64,000 bases of DNA from an uncultured Lachnospiraceae bacterium (GTDB taxonomy: Bacteria; Bacillota; Clostridia; Lachnospirales; Lachnospiraceae), in assembly GCA_910585345.1 (NCBI GenBank), contig CAJUDS010000006.1, positions 57,315-121,314 on the forward strand. Direction: 5' to 3'. The notes beneath the pieces are model-generated. The model made no database searches. It was not told where the DNA came from and worked only from the letters and a program-made list of their open reading frames with translations. Shown here piece after piece: positions 1 through 8,950 of the stretch (position 1 is its first letter; every line of letters starts with the position of its first letter). The position numbers and the translations under genes were made by a program.

Positions 1-128
1 GATACGTTAATGCCTTTGCCGCCCGCGTCATATTCCACTTTCCGAATCCGGTTCAAACCGCCAGGCTGAAAACAGTCGAGTTCAACCGTTTTATCAATTG
101 CCGGGTTCATTGTCACCGTAATAATCAT
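1..128 (-). CDS. pfkB: 1-phosphofructokinase family (PfkB) hexose kinase, N-terminal part only (runs off window start)
   Basis: Not in the ORF track. Manual translation from ATG at 128 (GGAGG at 135-139) gives MIITVTMNPAIDKTVELDCFQPGGLNRIRKVEYDAGGKGINV, with the TxNPAID and GGKGINV motifs of FruK/LacC. Overlaps the recX 3' end. Confidence 0.9.
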   Translation of the reverse strand, partial: MIITVTMNPAIDKTVELDCFQPGGLNRIRKVEYDAGGKGINV

Positions 129-738
129 AACTGTCCTCCATTACCTGCCTGACCAGCTCCGGTGAAAATCCCTTCCGGTAAAAATAAGCATAGATTCGCC
201 TTTTTCCCTTGTCATCCGCTTCCTGCCACGTAAACTGTTTCTTTTCCAGCAACCTGCGAATCATAGCTGCCTCATCAGGAACAAAGCCGTCCGCCTCCAG
301 CGCTTCTATCGCAGAACCGATCAGTTCCCTTCGTATTCCTCTCTGCATCAGCTTTTGTTCGATCTCTTTTCTGCTGCGGCGCTCCGCCTGACAAGCTACA
401 TAATCATAGGCATATCTGGCGTCGTCCACATAGTGATACGATTTCACATACTCTACCGCTTCCTGGGCAATTTCCTGGCTGTAACCGCCAAGCTGCAGTT
501 TATCCATAAGCTGCTTTTCCGTATACTGCCTGTTTTTTAAAAGGTTCATAGCGCGCAGCTTTGCACGTTTGGGAAGTACCTTCGTCTGCAATTCCCATAA
601 GGCTTCCTCTTCCAGCTCCATTCCTTCTCTGATCTGATATTTCCGCAGTTCTCCTTTGTATAATACAAACGCAAATGTACCGTCCAGATACACCCTTGTC
701 CTTTTCTTTGAGACTTCCTCGATCCCCGTTACCTTCAT
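94..738 (-). CDS. recX: Regulatory protein RecX
   Basis: AxxLLxxRxYTEKQL...YVDDARYA...GFS motifs; directly downstream of recA. Confidence 0.92.
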   Translation of the reverse strand: MKVTGIEEVSKKRTRVYLDGTFAFVLYKGELRKYQIREGMELEEEALWELQTKVLPKRAKLRAMNLLKNRQYTEKQLMDKLQLGGYSQEIAQEAVEYVKSYHYVDDARYAYDYVACQAERRSRKEIEQKLMQRGIRRELIGSAIEALEADGFVPDEAAMIRRLLEKKQFTWQEADDKGKRRIYAYFYRKGFSPELVRQVMEDSYDYYGDNEPGN

Positions 739-746
739 CTATCTTG

Positions 747-1868
747 TCAGCTCTCCTTCTGCTCCGCCGCTGCTTTTTTCTCCGCCGCCTTTTTCCCGGC
801 CGCTTCTTTTTTGCTTACAACCTCCGCTTTTTTGTCCGCATCTTTTTCTCCGGCCGCCTCTTCGTCAGACTTGCCGCCAAGCTGATAGTTCTCTCTCACC
901 TTTTTTTCCACTTCTGCGCAGATCTCCGGATTGTCTTTCAAATACTGCTTTGCATTCTCGCGTCCCTGACCGATCTTGCCGCCTTCATAAGCATACCACG
1001 CGCCGCTCTTATTGATTACGCTGCATCCTGCCGCCAAATCAAGAATATCTCCTTCTCTGGAAATACCCTGTCCGAACATAATATCAAACTCTGCTTCCTT
1101 AAAAGGAGGGGCAATCTTATTTTTCACAACTTTAACTCTTGTACGGTTGCCGATTACCTCGCCGCTCTGTTTCAAAGATTCGATCCTCCTCACATCCAGA
1201 CGGACAGACGAATAAAATTTCAGAGCGCGCCCTCCCGTGGTCGTCTCAGGGCTGCCAAACATAACCCCCACTTTCTCACGCAGCTGATTGATAAATACTA
1301 CCGTACAATTGGATTTGCTGATTACCGCCGTCAGTTTCCGAAGCGCCTGCGACATCAGTCTGGCCTGCAGGCCTACATGACTGTCCCCCATTTCGCCGTC
1401 AATTTCCGCCTTAGGAACAAGCGCGGCAACAGAATCCACCACGATCAAATCAATAGCGCCTGAACGTACCATCGTTTCCGTAATCTCCAACGCCTGTTCT
1501 CCATTGTCCGGCTGGGAGATATAGAGATTATCAATATCCACGCCGATATTTTTAGCATATACTGGGTCAAGTGCATGCTCTGCATCAATAAAGCCTGCAA
1601 TGCCGCCTCTTTTCTGTACTTCTGCAACCATATGCAGCGTAACGGTAGTCTTACCGCTCGATTCCGGTCCATAGATTTCTATAATTCTGCCTTTGGGAAT
1701 GCCCCCGAGTCCCAAGGCAATGTCAAGACTCAGTGAACCTGTCGGAATTGTCTCCACATTCATCTGCACATTGGGATCGCCCAGCTTCATCACCGCTCCC
1801 TTGCCAAACTGCTTCTCAATCTGCACCAGAGCAGCGTCCAATGCTTTTAATTTATCATCTTTTTCCAT
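747..1868 (-). CDS. recA: Recombinase RecA
   Basis: GPESSGKTT Walker [15 protein letters not shown]; start placed at ATG 1868 (AGGAG 7 nt upstream). Confidence 0.99.
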   Translation of the reverse strand: MEKDDKLKALDAALVQIEKQFGKGAVMKLGDPNVQMNVETIPTGSLSLDIALGLGGIPKGRIIEIYGPESSGKTTVTLHMVAEVQKRGGIAGFIDAEHALDPVYAKNIGVDIDNLYISQPDNGEQALEITETMVRSGAIDLIVVDSVAALVPKAEIDGEMGDSHVGLQARLMSQALRKLTAVISKSNCTVVFINQLREKVGVMFGSPETTTGGRALKFYSSVRLDVRRIESLKQSGEVIGNRTRVKVVKNKIAPPFKEAEFDIMFGQGISREGDILDLAAGCSVINKSGAWYAYEGGKIGQGRENAKQYLKDNPEICAEVEKKVRENYQLGGKSDEEAAGEKDADKKAEVVSKKEAAGKKAAEKKAAAEQKES

Positions 1869-1892
1869 ATCCATTCTCCTTATTTTCAAATA

Positions 1893-1940
1893 GAACATTT
1901 GTTCTTATAACAGAATAAAACATCTGTTCGGTTTTGTCAA
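1893..1940 (-). promoter_or_regulatory. recA sigmaA promoter with two LexA (SOS/Cheo) boxes
   Basis: GAAC-ATTT-GTTC at 1893-1904 and GAAC-AGAT-GTTT (minus strand) at 1918-1929; TTGACA (1935-1940)-N17-TATTCT (1912-1917). Confidence 0.85.
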
Positions 1941-2058
1941 TTGTTTTTTGTTTTTCTTTTTGGGTAGATAGCAGAAAGGAAACGAACCACTCCATCCGGG
2001 ACGCAAAGCCGCTGACTGCCCTGCATCCCGTATAAAAGACGTACGTCTGAATAGAATT

Positions 2059-3507
2059 TCAGAATTTCATTAGATACTTTTCATAATCCTTGTATGTGAC
2101 CGTGACCCAGCCGCTGGCTCCGCCGCCGCTGTAGTTCAGTCCCACTTCCATGCCAAGCGGTGTATAATACGCAATCACAGAGTCTTTATCCCGCAAAACC
2201 TCAGCCAGCTCTTCGTCCGAAAGAGAATCCAAATAATCAATGCTGCCGTTCTGCTCATTGTTCCTTTTGCGGAATTCCTCTGCAAACGCAGAATCAATAC
2301 GCAGAAGACTTCCATTGTCCAGAACAACTCCGTTTTTCACGTCAATATTGATCGGATAAAGATCTACATGATACTCGTCGTCCACAATGACATATTCATC
2401 CATCACAAGACTGATCATATCCGCATCGTTATATGTCACATAAGTGGTGGTATACACAGCGTAACTTTCCCCATATTCCGCATAATAAGAGTATCTCGGA
2501 AAATCAACCGCGTAATAAAGGGCGACTGTTTCCAACGCTTCATTCAGCTGGTCGATATTCGGTATACCGTCCCCCTTGAGCGCAAAATAATTGATCACCA
2601 CATCAATATCGTTATCCGGATCTTCATTTGTGTAGGACTTCGTCACAAACGAATAGTCTACATTTTCATTAATGGCGTCACACGGTCCATAGTAATATTT
2701 ATCATCTGCCGAGGGCGTATACGTCTCCTCTTCACCGGACGCCCCGTCTCTGTCATATGGAACATAAGCCTCGGGTCCGTTACCATCCTCATACTCCCCG
2801 GAATCATATTCTCCGGCATACCAGTCCGTCGCACCCACTTCCGTACTGGCATATTTCATTAGAAAATAACCGTAAAAGTAGCTGCCGATGACCGTTGCCG
2901 CCAACACAAGAATACCGGCTACAATCCCTACAATGGTCCAGACTCTGTACTCTTTTTTCGGCTTCATATAAGGGTCATACTGCCCCTGGTAATTTGGCTG
3001 GCCATAGTTTGGGCCCGGCTGCATATACCCCTGGTAATTTGGCTGACCGTAATTTTGACCGGGCTGTACATACCCCTGCCCGCAGCTCTGGCCCGGCTGC
3101 ACATACCCCTGGTAATTTGGCTGACCGTAATTCTGACCGGGTTGTACATACCCCTGGTTCTGATAAGAGGACTGCCCGCAGCTCTGGCCCGGCTGTGCAT
3201 AGCCCTGGTTTTGATACGGACTCTGCTGTTCATAATTCTGTCCCTGGTATGAACCCGGCTGCCCAAAACTCTGCCCCGGCTGCACATAGCCGGAATCCTG
3301 ACGGCCCGGAAGCGGTTCGGAAGCGCTTTGATATCCGCCGTTATCCATAGTCTGCCCGCCGTCCTGTTCCGGCGCTTCCTGCGGATAATACTGGGAAGAA
3401 TACACACCCCGGCTATTTTTCCGGTTACATTCCGGACAGACGCCATTTTCCATCAATGCGCCGCACTTAGGACAAAAACTATAGTTTTCCCCTGATTGAT
3501 CGTTCAT
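2059..3507 (-). CDS. Single-pass membrane protein: N-terminal Zn-ribbon, Q/G/Y-rich repeats, TM helix, acidic extracellular domain (possibly RsiV/PdaC-like)
   Basis: CPKC...CPEC; repeated QGYVQPGQNYGQPNY; hydrophobic WTIVGIVAGILVLAATVIG; C-terminal domain assignment is tentative. Confidence 0.75.
   Translation of the reverse strand: MNDQSGENYSFCPKCGALMENGVCPECNRKNSRGVYSSQYYPQEAPEQDGGQTMDNGGYQSASEPLPGRQDSGYVQPGQSFGQPGSYQGQNYEQQSPYQNQGYAQPGQSCGQSSYQNQGYVQPGQNYGQPNYQGYVQPGQSCGQGYVQPGQNYGQPNYQGYMQPGPNYGQPNYQGQYDPYMKPKKEYRVWTIVGIVAGILVLAATVIGSYFYGYFLMKYASTEVGATDWYAGEYDSGEYEDGNGPEAYVPYDRDGASGEEETYTPSADDKYYYGPCDAINENVDYSFVTKSYTNEDPDNDIDVVINYFALKGDGIPNIDQLNEALETVALYYAVDFPRYSYYAEYGESYAVYTTTYVTYNDADMISLVMDEYVIVDDEYHVDLYPINIDVKNGVVLDNGSLLRIDSAFAEEFRKRNNEQNGSIDYLDSLSDEELAEVLRDKDSVIAYYTPLGMEVGLNYSGGGASGWVTVTYKDYEKYLMKF
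2977..3300. repeat. Intragenic tandem repeats, about 45-bp unit with shorter variants
   Basis: CCCTGGTAATTTGGCTG recurs at 2984, 3029 and 3107 (offsets 45 and 78). Confidence 0.9.
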
Positions 3508-3524
3508 ATCTGCTACCTCACAAT

Positions 3525-4784
3525 TTAACGAAAAGTAACTTCGCTATAATATTCCAGAATACACTGACGCATCAATGTCAAAGCGGCAGTCACGCTGCTT
3601 TCGCGTATCCTGCTTCGATTCCCTGAAAAATTATACTCTTTTACTTTCACCTTGCCGCGCACACTGCACGCAATATATACCAGACCGACCGGTTTCACGA
3701 CGCTGCCGCCGTCAGGACCGGCGATGCCCGTCACAGCCACCGCTACATCCGCCTTGGAAGAGACTGCCGCTCCTTTGGCCATCTCTTTGGCCACACTCTC
3801 GCTGACTGCACCGTGCTTATCAAGCGAAGGTTTTTTTACGCCCAGCAGCTTGTGCTTTGCTTTATTAGAATACGTAACATGGCCTGACTTGAATACTTCG
3901 GACACGCCCGGCACATTGGTCAGCCTGGCCGAAAGAAGTCCGCCTGTACAGGATTCCGCTGTTGTTACCGTCAAACGGTTTGCCAGAAGCAGATCCACTA
4001 CCGCCTGTTCCAATGTCACATTCTCGTCCGTTGTATACACATTCATACCAAACCGGTTCTTCAGTTCCTTCACCACCGGTTTGACCAGCTTTCTCGCCTC
4101 TTTTTCCACCGACGCCCTGGCCGTGACCCGCAAATGCACCTCGCCTGTCTTCGCATAAGGCGCAATTGTAGGGTTCTCCTGGGATGCGATCAGATCTGCC
4201 GCTATCGTTTCCGCTTTGCTCTCACCGATACCGCACAGCTTCACCGTCTGCGAATAAATAACGCCCGGCTCCGCTTCCGACAGATAAGGCCGGATTGCCG
4301 TCTCAAACATGGGAATCAACTCTCCCGGAGGACCCGGCAGCAAAATAACACGTTTGTCCGCCGCTTCGATAATAATACCTGGAGCCGTACCATTGTCATT
4401 ATCTATGACGATGGCGCCTTCCGGAACCATAGCCTGTTTCCAGTTATTATCCGTCGGCTGCATTTTCCGCCTGTTAAAAAACTCCTGTATCCGCTCTCTG
4501 GAATGCGCATCCATCCGCAGTTCTCTGCCAAGCACTTTCGCCGCCGTCTCTTTTGTCAGATCATCCTGCGTGGGGCCCAGCCCCCCTGATAAAATCACAA
4601 TATCAGCGCGCCCCAGCGCCGTTTGCAGCGTCTGTGCCAGCCGCCCTTCATTGTCTCCCACAACCGTCTGATAAAAACAGGAGAGCCCAAGGCCCGCACA
4701 TTGCTCTGCCAGATAAGCGGCATTGGTGTTCACAATGTTACCGAGCAGAATTTCTGTCCCTACCGAGATCAGTTCCACTGTCAT
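3525..4784 (-). CDS. cinA: Competence/damage-inducible protein CinA (MoCF domain + PncC)
   Basis: VGTEILLG, GGLGPTQDD, AESCTGG; start MTVELIS at 4784. Confidence 0.96.
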   Translation of the reverse strand: MTVELISVGTEILLGNIVNTNAAYLAEQCAGLGLSCFYQTVVGDNEGRLAQTLQTALGRADIVILSGGLGPTQDDLTKETAAKVLGRELRMDAHSRERIQEFFNRRKMQPTDNNWKQAMVPEGAIVIDNDNGTAPGIIIEAADKRVILLPGPPGELIPMFETAIRPYLSEAEPGVIYSQTVKLCGIGESKAETIAADLIASQENPTIAPYAKTGEVHLRVTARASVEKEARKLVKPVVKELKNRFGMNVYTTDENVTLEQAVVDLLLANRLTVTTAESCTGGLLSARLTNVPGVSEVFKSGHVTYSNKAKHKLLGVKKPSLDKHGAVSESVAKEMAKGAAVSSKADVAVAVTGIAGPDGGSVVKPVGLVYIACSVRGKVKVKEYNFSGNRSRIRESSVTAALTLMRQCILEYYSEVTFR

Positions 4785-4785
4785 C

Positions 4786-5322
4786 TTATTTGTCCTCCAT
4801 AAATACCTGTCTGTTCTTTGCCATATAGTCAACCAATGACACAATCGTCAGTATTACGGCAATCCAGGTCACGACTGCCGTCACGATCTGCAGCGCGCTG
4901 ATATTCACAATCAGCAGACAGATCATAACCATCTGAAACGTCGTTTTATACTTCCCCCAATAACTGGCCGCAATCACAATTCCGTTGTCTGCGGCAATCT
5001 GGCGCAGACCGCTGATAATAAATTCACGGCTGATGATTACGATCACAATCCAGGCGGCGAGTCTGTCCATTGCAGACAGACAGATCAAAGCCGCACTGAC
5101 AAGCAGTTTGTCTGCCAGCGGATCCATCAGCTTTCCAAAATTGGTAACGAGGTTATATTTTCTTGCAATCTTTCCGTCCAGCAAATCCGTCAGGCTTGCC
5201 GCAACAAAAATACCCAGAGCAATCCATTTGTCCGCATCGCCGCATATCTGCACAAGCATAAATACTACAAAAAAAGGAATCAAAATAACGCGCAGCATCG
5301 TCAGCTTATTCGGTAAGTTCAT
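4786..5322 (-). CDS. pgsA: CDP-diacylglycerol--glycerol-3-phosphate 3-phosphatidyltransferase
   Basis: NLPNKLT, DLLDGKIARK...GKLMDPLADK. Confidence 0.97.
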   Translation of the reverse strand: MNLPNKLTMLRVILIPFFVVFMLVQICGDADKWIALGIFVAASLTDLLDGKIARKYNLVTNFGKLMDPLADKLLVSAALICLSAMDRLAAWIVIVIISREFIISGLRQIAADNGIVIAASYWGKYKTTFQMVMICLLIVNISALQIVTAVVTWIAVILTIVSLVDYMAKNRQVFMEDK

Positions 5323-6652
5323 TACATATCTCTCCTATCAAGTCATATTCATTGGAACCTGTAACCACGGCTCTGACAAAATCTCCGCTCATCAGCTCCC
5401 TGTCCGTGTGCAGAAACAAAAATCCGTCTACTTCCGGCGCGTCTTTATAGGTTCTGGCAATATACACGTTTTCTTCCGGCAGTCTGCCTTCTATGAACGC
5501 ATCCAGCGTCGGCTTCTGCGCCGCCATATCTTCCGCTTTTTCAAAAGCAATTGCCTGCTGCAGCGCCATCAGTTCATCCCTGCGCCGCGCTTTCGTCTCT
5601 TCGGGTATCTGGTCTTCCATCAAAGCCGCCGGCGTACCTTCTTCCGCAGAATAGGTAAACACGCCAAGCCTGTCAAATTCCGCCTCATTTACAAAACGGT
5701 ACAACTGTTCGTAGTCATCCTGGGTTTCTCCCGGAAAACCTGTAATCAGCGTCGTGCGCAGACAGATATCCGGTATCTCCTCCCGTAGTTTTGCGATTAT
5801 TTTACGCAGATCTTCCTTCGATGTTTTTCTCCCCATTCTTTTCAAAATCCTATTGCTCGCATGCTGAATCGGCAGGTCCAGATAATGACAGATCTTTTCC
5901 TGCGTTTTGATAACTGTAATCAGTTCATCTGTTATCTCCTCCGGGTAACAATATAAAATCCGTATCCACCGCAGACCGCTGATCTTACACAGTCTGCGCA
6001 GAAGCAGCGGCAGACTCTTTGTACCGTATAGGTCCATGCCGTACAATGTGGTTTCCTGCGCGACAAGAATCAGCTCCCGCACACCATTTTCCACCAGTTC
6101 TGACGCTTCCGTCAAAAGACGTTCCATCGGAACGCTCCTGTAACTGCCCCGCACTTTGGGAATAATGCAATATGTGCAGTGCTTATCGCAGCCTTCCGCA
6201 ATCTTCAAATATGCAAAATGCCCGCCTGTCGTAACAATCCGCCTGCTCCGGCTGCTCTCTCGGCCGCTGCTAAGCTCTGTAAAATAATTCCGCCCTTTTC
6301 CTGCCAGTATTTCGTCGACTGCATCCGCAATCCTGTCAATAGACGCCGTCCCCAGTACGGCATCCACTTCCGCAATCTCTTCTCTGATCTCATCCTGATA
6401 CCGCTGCGCCAGACAACCGGTAACGATTAACGCCCGGATTTTTCCCGCCTTTTTCAGTTCCGCCATCTGCAGTATATTCTGTATGCTCTCTTCTTTTGCG
6501 TCATTAATAAAACAGCACGTATTAACGACGATCACATCCGCCTGCTCTTCATCGTTGGTGAAGGAATACCCTCTTTCCGCAAGTGTGCCCAGCATGACTT
6601 CCGAATCCACCAGATTCTTATCGCATCCAAGGGATACAAACAATACGTTCAT
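5306..6652 (-). CDS. rimO: Ribosomal protein S12 methylthiotransferase RimO
   Basis: SLGCDKNLVDSE, radical SAM CDKHCTYC, TRAM domain with DAPEVDG. Confidence 0.96.
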   Translation of the reverse strand: MNVLFVSLGCDKNLVDSEVMLGTLAERGYSFTNDEEQADVIVVNTCCFINDAKEESIQNILQMAELKKAGKIRALIVTGCLAQRYQDEIREEIAEVDAVLGTASIDRIADAVDEILAGKGRNYFTELSSGRESSRSRRIVTTGGHFAYLKIAEGCDKHCTYCIIPKVRGSYRSVPMERLLTEASELVENGVRELILVAQETTLYGMDLYGTKSLPLLLRRLCKISGLRWIRILYCYPEEITDELITVIKTQEKICHYLDLPIQHASNRILKRMGRKTSKEDLRKIIAKLREEIPDICLRTTLITGFPGETQDDYEQLYRFVNEAEFDRLGVFTYSAEEGTPAALMEDQIPEETKARRRDELMALQQAIAFEKAEDMAAQKPTLDAFIEGRLPEENVYIARTYKDAPEVDGFLFLHTDRELMSGDFVRAVVTGSNEYDLIGEICNELTE

Positions 6653-6664
6653 CGCTTCTGCCTT

Positions 6665-6898
6665 TTATTCTTCTTCATTCAATATTTTAATCTCAGATTT
6701 ATCCAGTTCCTCGATTGCAACGGAAAGCGGTTTTTTGCCTGCCGACTCCACATAAGCATCCTCGCCGCCGATTAACTGGCGGGCGCGCTTGGAAGTAGCC
6801 ATTACAATCGAATATCTGCTGTTTACAACAGGCGCCTCTCCCTCCTCAACCTCACTGTTTACGACTTTCATCAAATCCGAATATGATGGATGTAACAT
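6665..6898 (-). CDS. rpoZ: RNA polymerase omega subunit
   Basis: SRYSIVMATSKRARQL, KPLSVAIEE; follows gmk. Confidence 0.95.
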   Translation of the reverse strand: MLHPSYSDLMKVVNSEVEEGEAPVVNSRYSIVMATSKRARQLIGGEDAYVESAGKKPLSVAIEELDKSEIKILNEEE

Positions 6899-7533
6899 TA
6901 TTTTTCTCCTTTCGACAGTTCCTCTAACTGTGTTCTGATATTGGCTATAAACGCTTCATTGCGCAGAGGCGCGCTGTGGGCGCCCTGAATCAATGCATGC
7001 ATCTGTTTTACACATGTCTCCAGATCATCATTAATCACAAGATAATCGTATGCTTCAATTCCTTCCGCTTCCTCTCCCGCACGGGAAAGTCTGGCGCGTA
7101 TGATCTCCTCTGTCTCTGTGCCTCTGCCGCACAGTCTCCGTTTCAGTTCCTTCATGCTGGGCGGTGTCACAAATAAAAGCAGCGCCGACGGAAAACGCTC
7201 CTTTATTTTCAGCGCACCCTGTATTTCGATTTCCAGGATCACATCTTTTCCATGTTCCAGCTGCTTCTCCACATACTCTTTCGGAGTTCCGTAATAATTG
7301 CCGCAGTACTGCGCATATTCCACCAATGCACCGTCGGCTATCTTTTTTTCAAATTCTTCCTTGGAAATAAAAAAATAATCCTTCCCCTCCGTCTCGCCGG
7401 GTCTGGGAGCTCTTGTCGTCATGGAAACGGACAAAGCATACGCGTCATACGTCTTCACAAGCTGTTTCATGAGCGTCCCTTTGCCTGCGCCCGAAAAACC
7501 CGATACCACGACTAAAATTCCTTTATGCTTCAT
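6898..7533 (-). CDS. gmk: Guanylate kinase
   Basis: SGFSGAGKGT, TTRAPRPGE, YYGTP; start MKHKG at 7533. Confidence 0.97.
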   Translation of the reverse strand: MKHKGILVVVSGFSGAGKGTLMKQLVKTYDAYALSVSMTTRAPRPGETEGKDYFFISKEEFEKKIADGALVEYAQYCGNYYGTPKEYVEKQLEHGKDVILEIEIQGALKIKERFPSALLLFVTPPSMKELKRRLCGRGTETEEIIRARLSRAGEEAEGIEAYDYLVINDDLETCVKQMHALIQGAHSAPLRNEAFIANIRTQLEELSKGEK

Positions 7534-7783
7534 CCTCTCCCACCTTTTCTGACTGTACTCTGCCCGCAATCGTCTCCGGCAAAAGCGCAGACAGCACAAG
7601 CTGGTTATTCTCCATCACAAGAACCGCTTTTGTTTTTCTGCCCTGGGTAGCGTCGATTGCCGTACCGTTTTCTTTTGCCTTCTGCACCAGCCGTTTTACC
7701 GGCGCGGAATCCGGCGTCACGATTGCTATCATTTTACTTGTATTTACAATGTTGCCAAATCCGATATGAATTAACTGATTCAA
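7523..7783 (-). CDS. remA: RemA/DUF370 family regulator
   Basis: IGFGNIV...SAPVKR...IDATQGRKTKAV; conserved yloC-remA-gmk order. Confidence 0.9.
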   Translation of the reverse strand: MNQLIHIGFGNIVNTSKMIAIVTPDSAPVKRLVQKAKENGTAIDATQGRKTKAVLVMENNQLVLSALLPETIAGRVQSEKVGEDEA

Positions 7784-7797
7784 ATGCTCTCTCCGTT

Positions 7798-8676
7798 TTA
7801 TTCAATATTCTGTATCTGTTCCCGTACCTTCTCAATCGCAGTCTTTAGTTCAATGGCATGATTCGAAATCTCAATGTCCGTCGTCTTTGACAGGATCGTA
7901 TTGGCTTCCCGGTTCATCTCCTGCGCGATGAAATCCAGCTTGCGTCCTACGCCGCCGCCCGCAATAAGCGCCTCCCGCGTCTGTGCAATATGGCTTCTAA
8001 GCCTGACCAGTTCTTCATCCACACATACCTTATCTGCAAATATGGCCACTTCCGTAAGAAGCCGCGCCTCGTCGACCGCCGTATCCTCTAAAAGCTCCTC
8101 TACCTTTTCCCGCAGCCTTTTCCTGTACGCCTCAATGATCTCCGGCGAACGCTGCGCAATATAATCCACATCCCCGGCCATATCGTCCAGTTTGAGAAGG
8201 AGATCCTGTTTGAGATTTTCTCCTTCCGCCATCCGCGCCTGCACAAACTCCTGCGCCGCACCGGATACCGCTCTTTCCAGCCCCCGCCAAAGCGCTTCCT
8301 CATCGACTGTCTGCTCTTCCATCGTAAACACTTCCGGATACCGGGACAGTGTGGAAACCCTGACATCGTATTCCAGGGAAAACTCTTTTGCCATCTGCTG
8401 CAGATACTTCCTGTATTCTTCTGCTACATCTCTGTTGTATTTGACACAGACACTGTTTTCGGTATCATCTTCATAGGAAATAAAAACGTCCAACTTTCCC
8501 CGCTCCACATATTTTTTCAGCAGCCCTCTGACTGAGGATTCAAAAAAGCCAAGCTTTTTCGGCATCTTGATATTGACATCCAGATATCTGTGGTTTACCG
8601 CTTTCATCTCTACCGTAAATTTACGCTCCGCTTCGGATACCTCACACCGCCCGAAGCCTGTCATACTCTTTATCAT
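7798..8676 (-). CDS. yloC: YicC/YloC family endoribonuclease
   Basis: MIKSMTGFG, VNHRYLD, GRKLDFIAQEMNREANTI, REQIQNIE. Confidence 0.95.
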   Translation of the reverse strand: MIKSMTGFGRCEVSEAERKFTVEMKAVNHRYLDVNIKMPKKLGFFESSVRGLLKKYVERGKLDVFISYEDDTENSVCVKYNRDVAEEYRKYLQQMAKEFSLEYDVRVSTLSRYPEVFTMEEQTVDEEALWRGLERAVSGAAQEFVQARMAEGENLKQDLLLKLDDMAGDVDYIAQRSPEIIEAYRKRLREKVEELLEDTAVDEARLLTEVAIFADKVCVDEELVRLRSHIAQTREALIAGGGVGRKLDFIAQEMNREANTILSKTTDIEISNHAIELKTAIEKVREQIQNIE

Positions 8677-8718
8677 TCTGCACGTTACCTTCTTTATCCC
8701 AAAAGGGTATTATTTTTC

Positions 8719-8747
8719 ATTATAGAACAAGAACAGATTCCAGTCAA
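8719..8747 (-). promoter_or_regulatory. sigmaA promoter of the yloC operon
   Basis: TTGACT (8742-8747)-N17-TATAAT (8719-8724). Confidence 0.75.
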
Positions 8748-8756
8748 GGACAGGGC

Positions 8757-8879
8757 CGTGGAAATCAGTTTTGCGTCGAAAAACGCAAATGCAGGATATA
8801 CACAGAAATTTATGCCGGGCCGGGCCTGGGAAAACCGATTCTGAATGTTCATAAAATGTTTCCTCCTGCCTTTGTCATG
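8757..8879. mobile_element. Degenerate, internally deleted copy of the MITE-like family (short-palindrome left part fused to long-element right end)
   Basis: CGTGGAAATCAGTTTTGCGTCGAAAAACGCAAA followed by CACAGAAATTTATGCCGGGC...GGAAAACCGATTCTGAATGTTCATAAAATGTT, shared with about 31415-31492 and 51597-51674. Confidence 0.8.
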
Positions 8880-8950
8880 CGCGCTCCCCGGCGCCTATTT
8901 GCATATTTCCGTAAAATGATGTACGATATTATTTTATAGGAGGTATCATT

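Noticed and set aside
2977..3300. Possible CRISPR-like array
   Set aside because: In-frame coding tandem repeats with no unique spacers; no cas genes in the window.
4785..4844. N-terminal extensions in the ORF track (cinA, gmk, recA, pilT, ispF, GntR, SH3b protein, pyrE and others)
   Set aside because: Downstream ATGs fit RBS position and family N-termini better; starts were corrected in the feature list.
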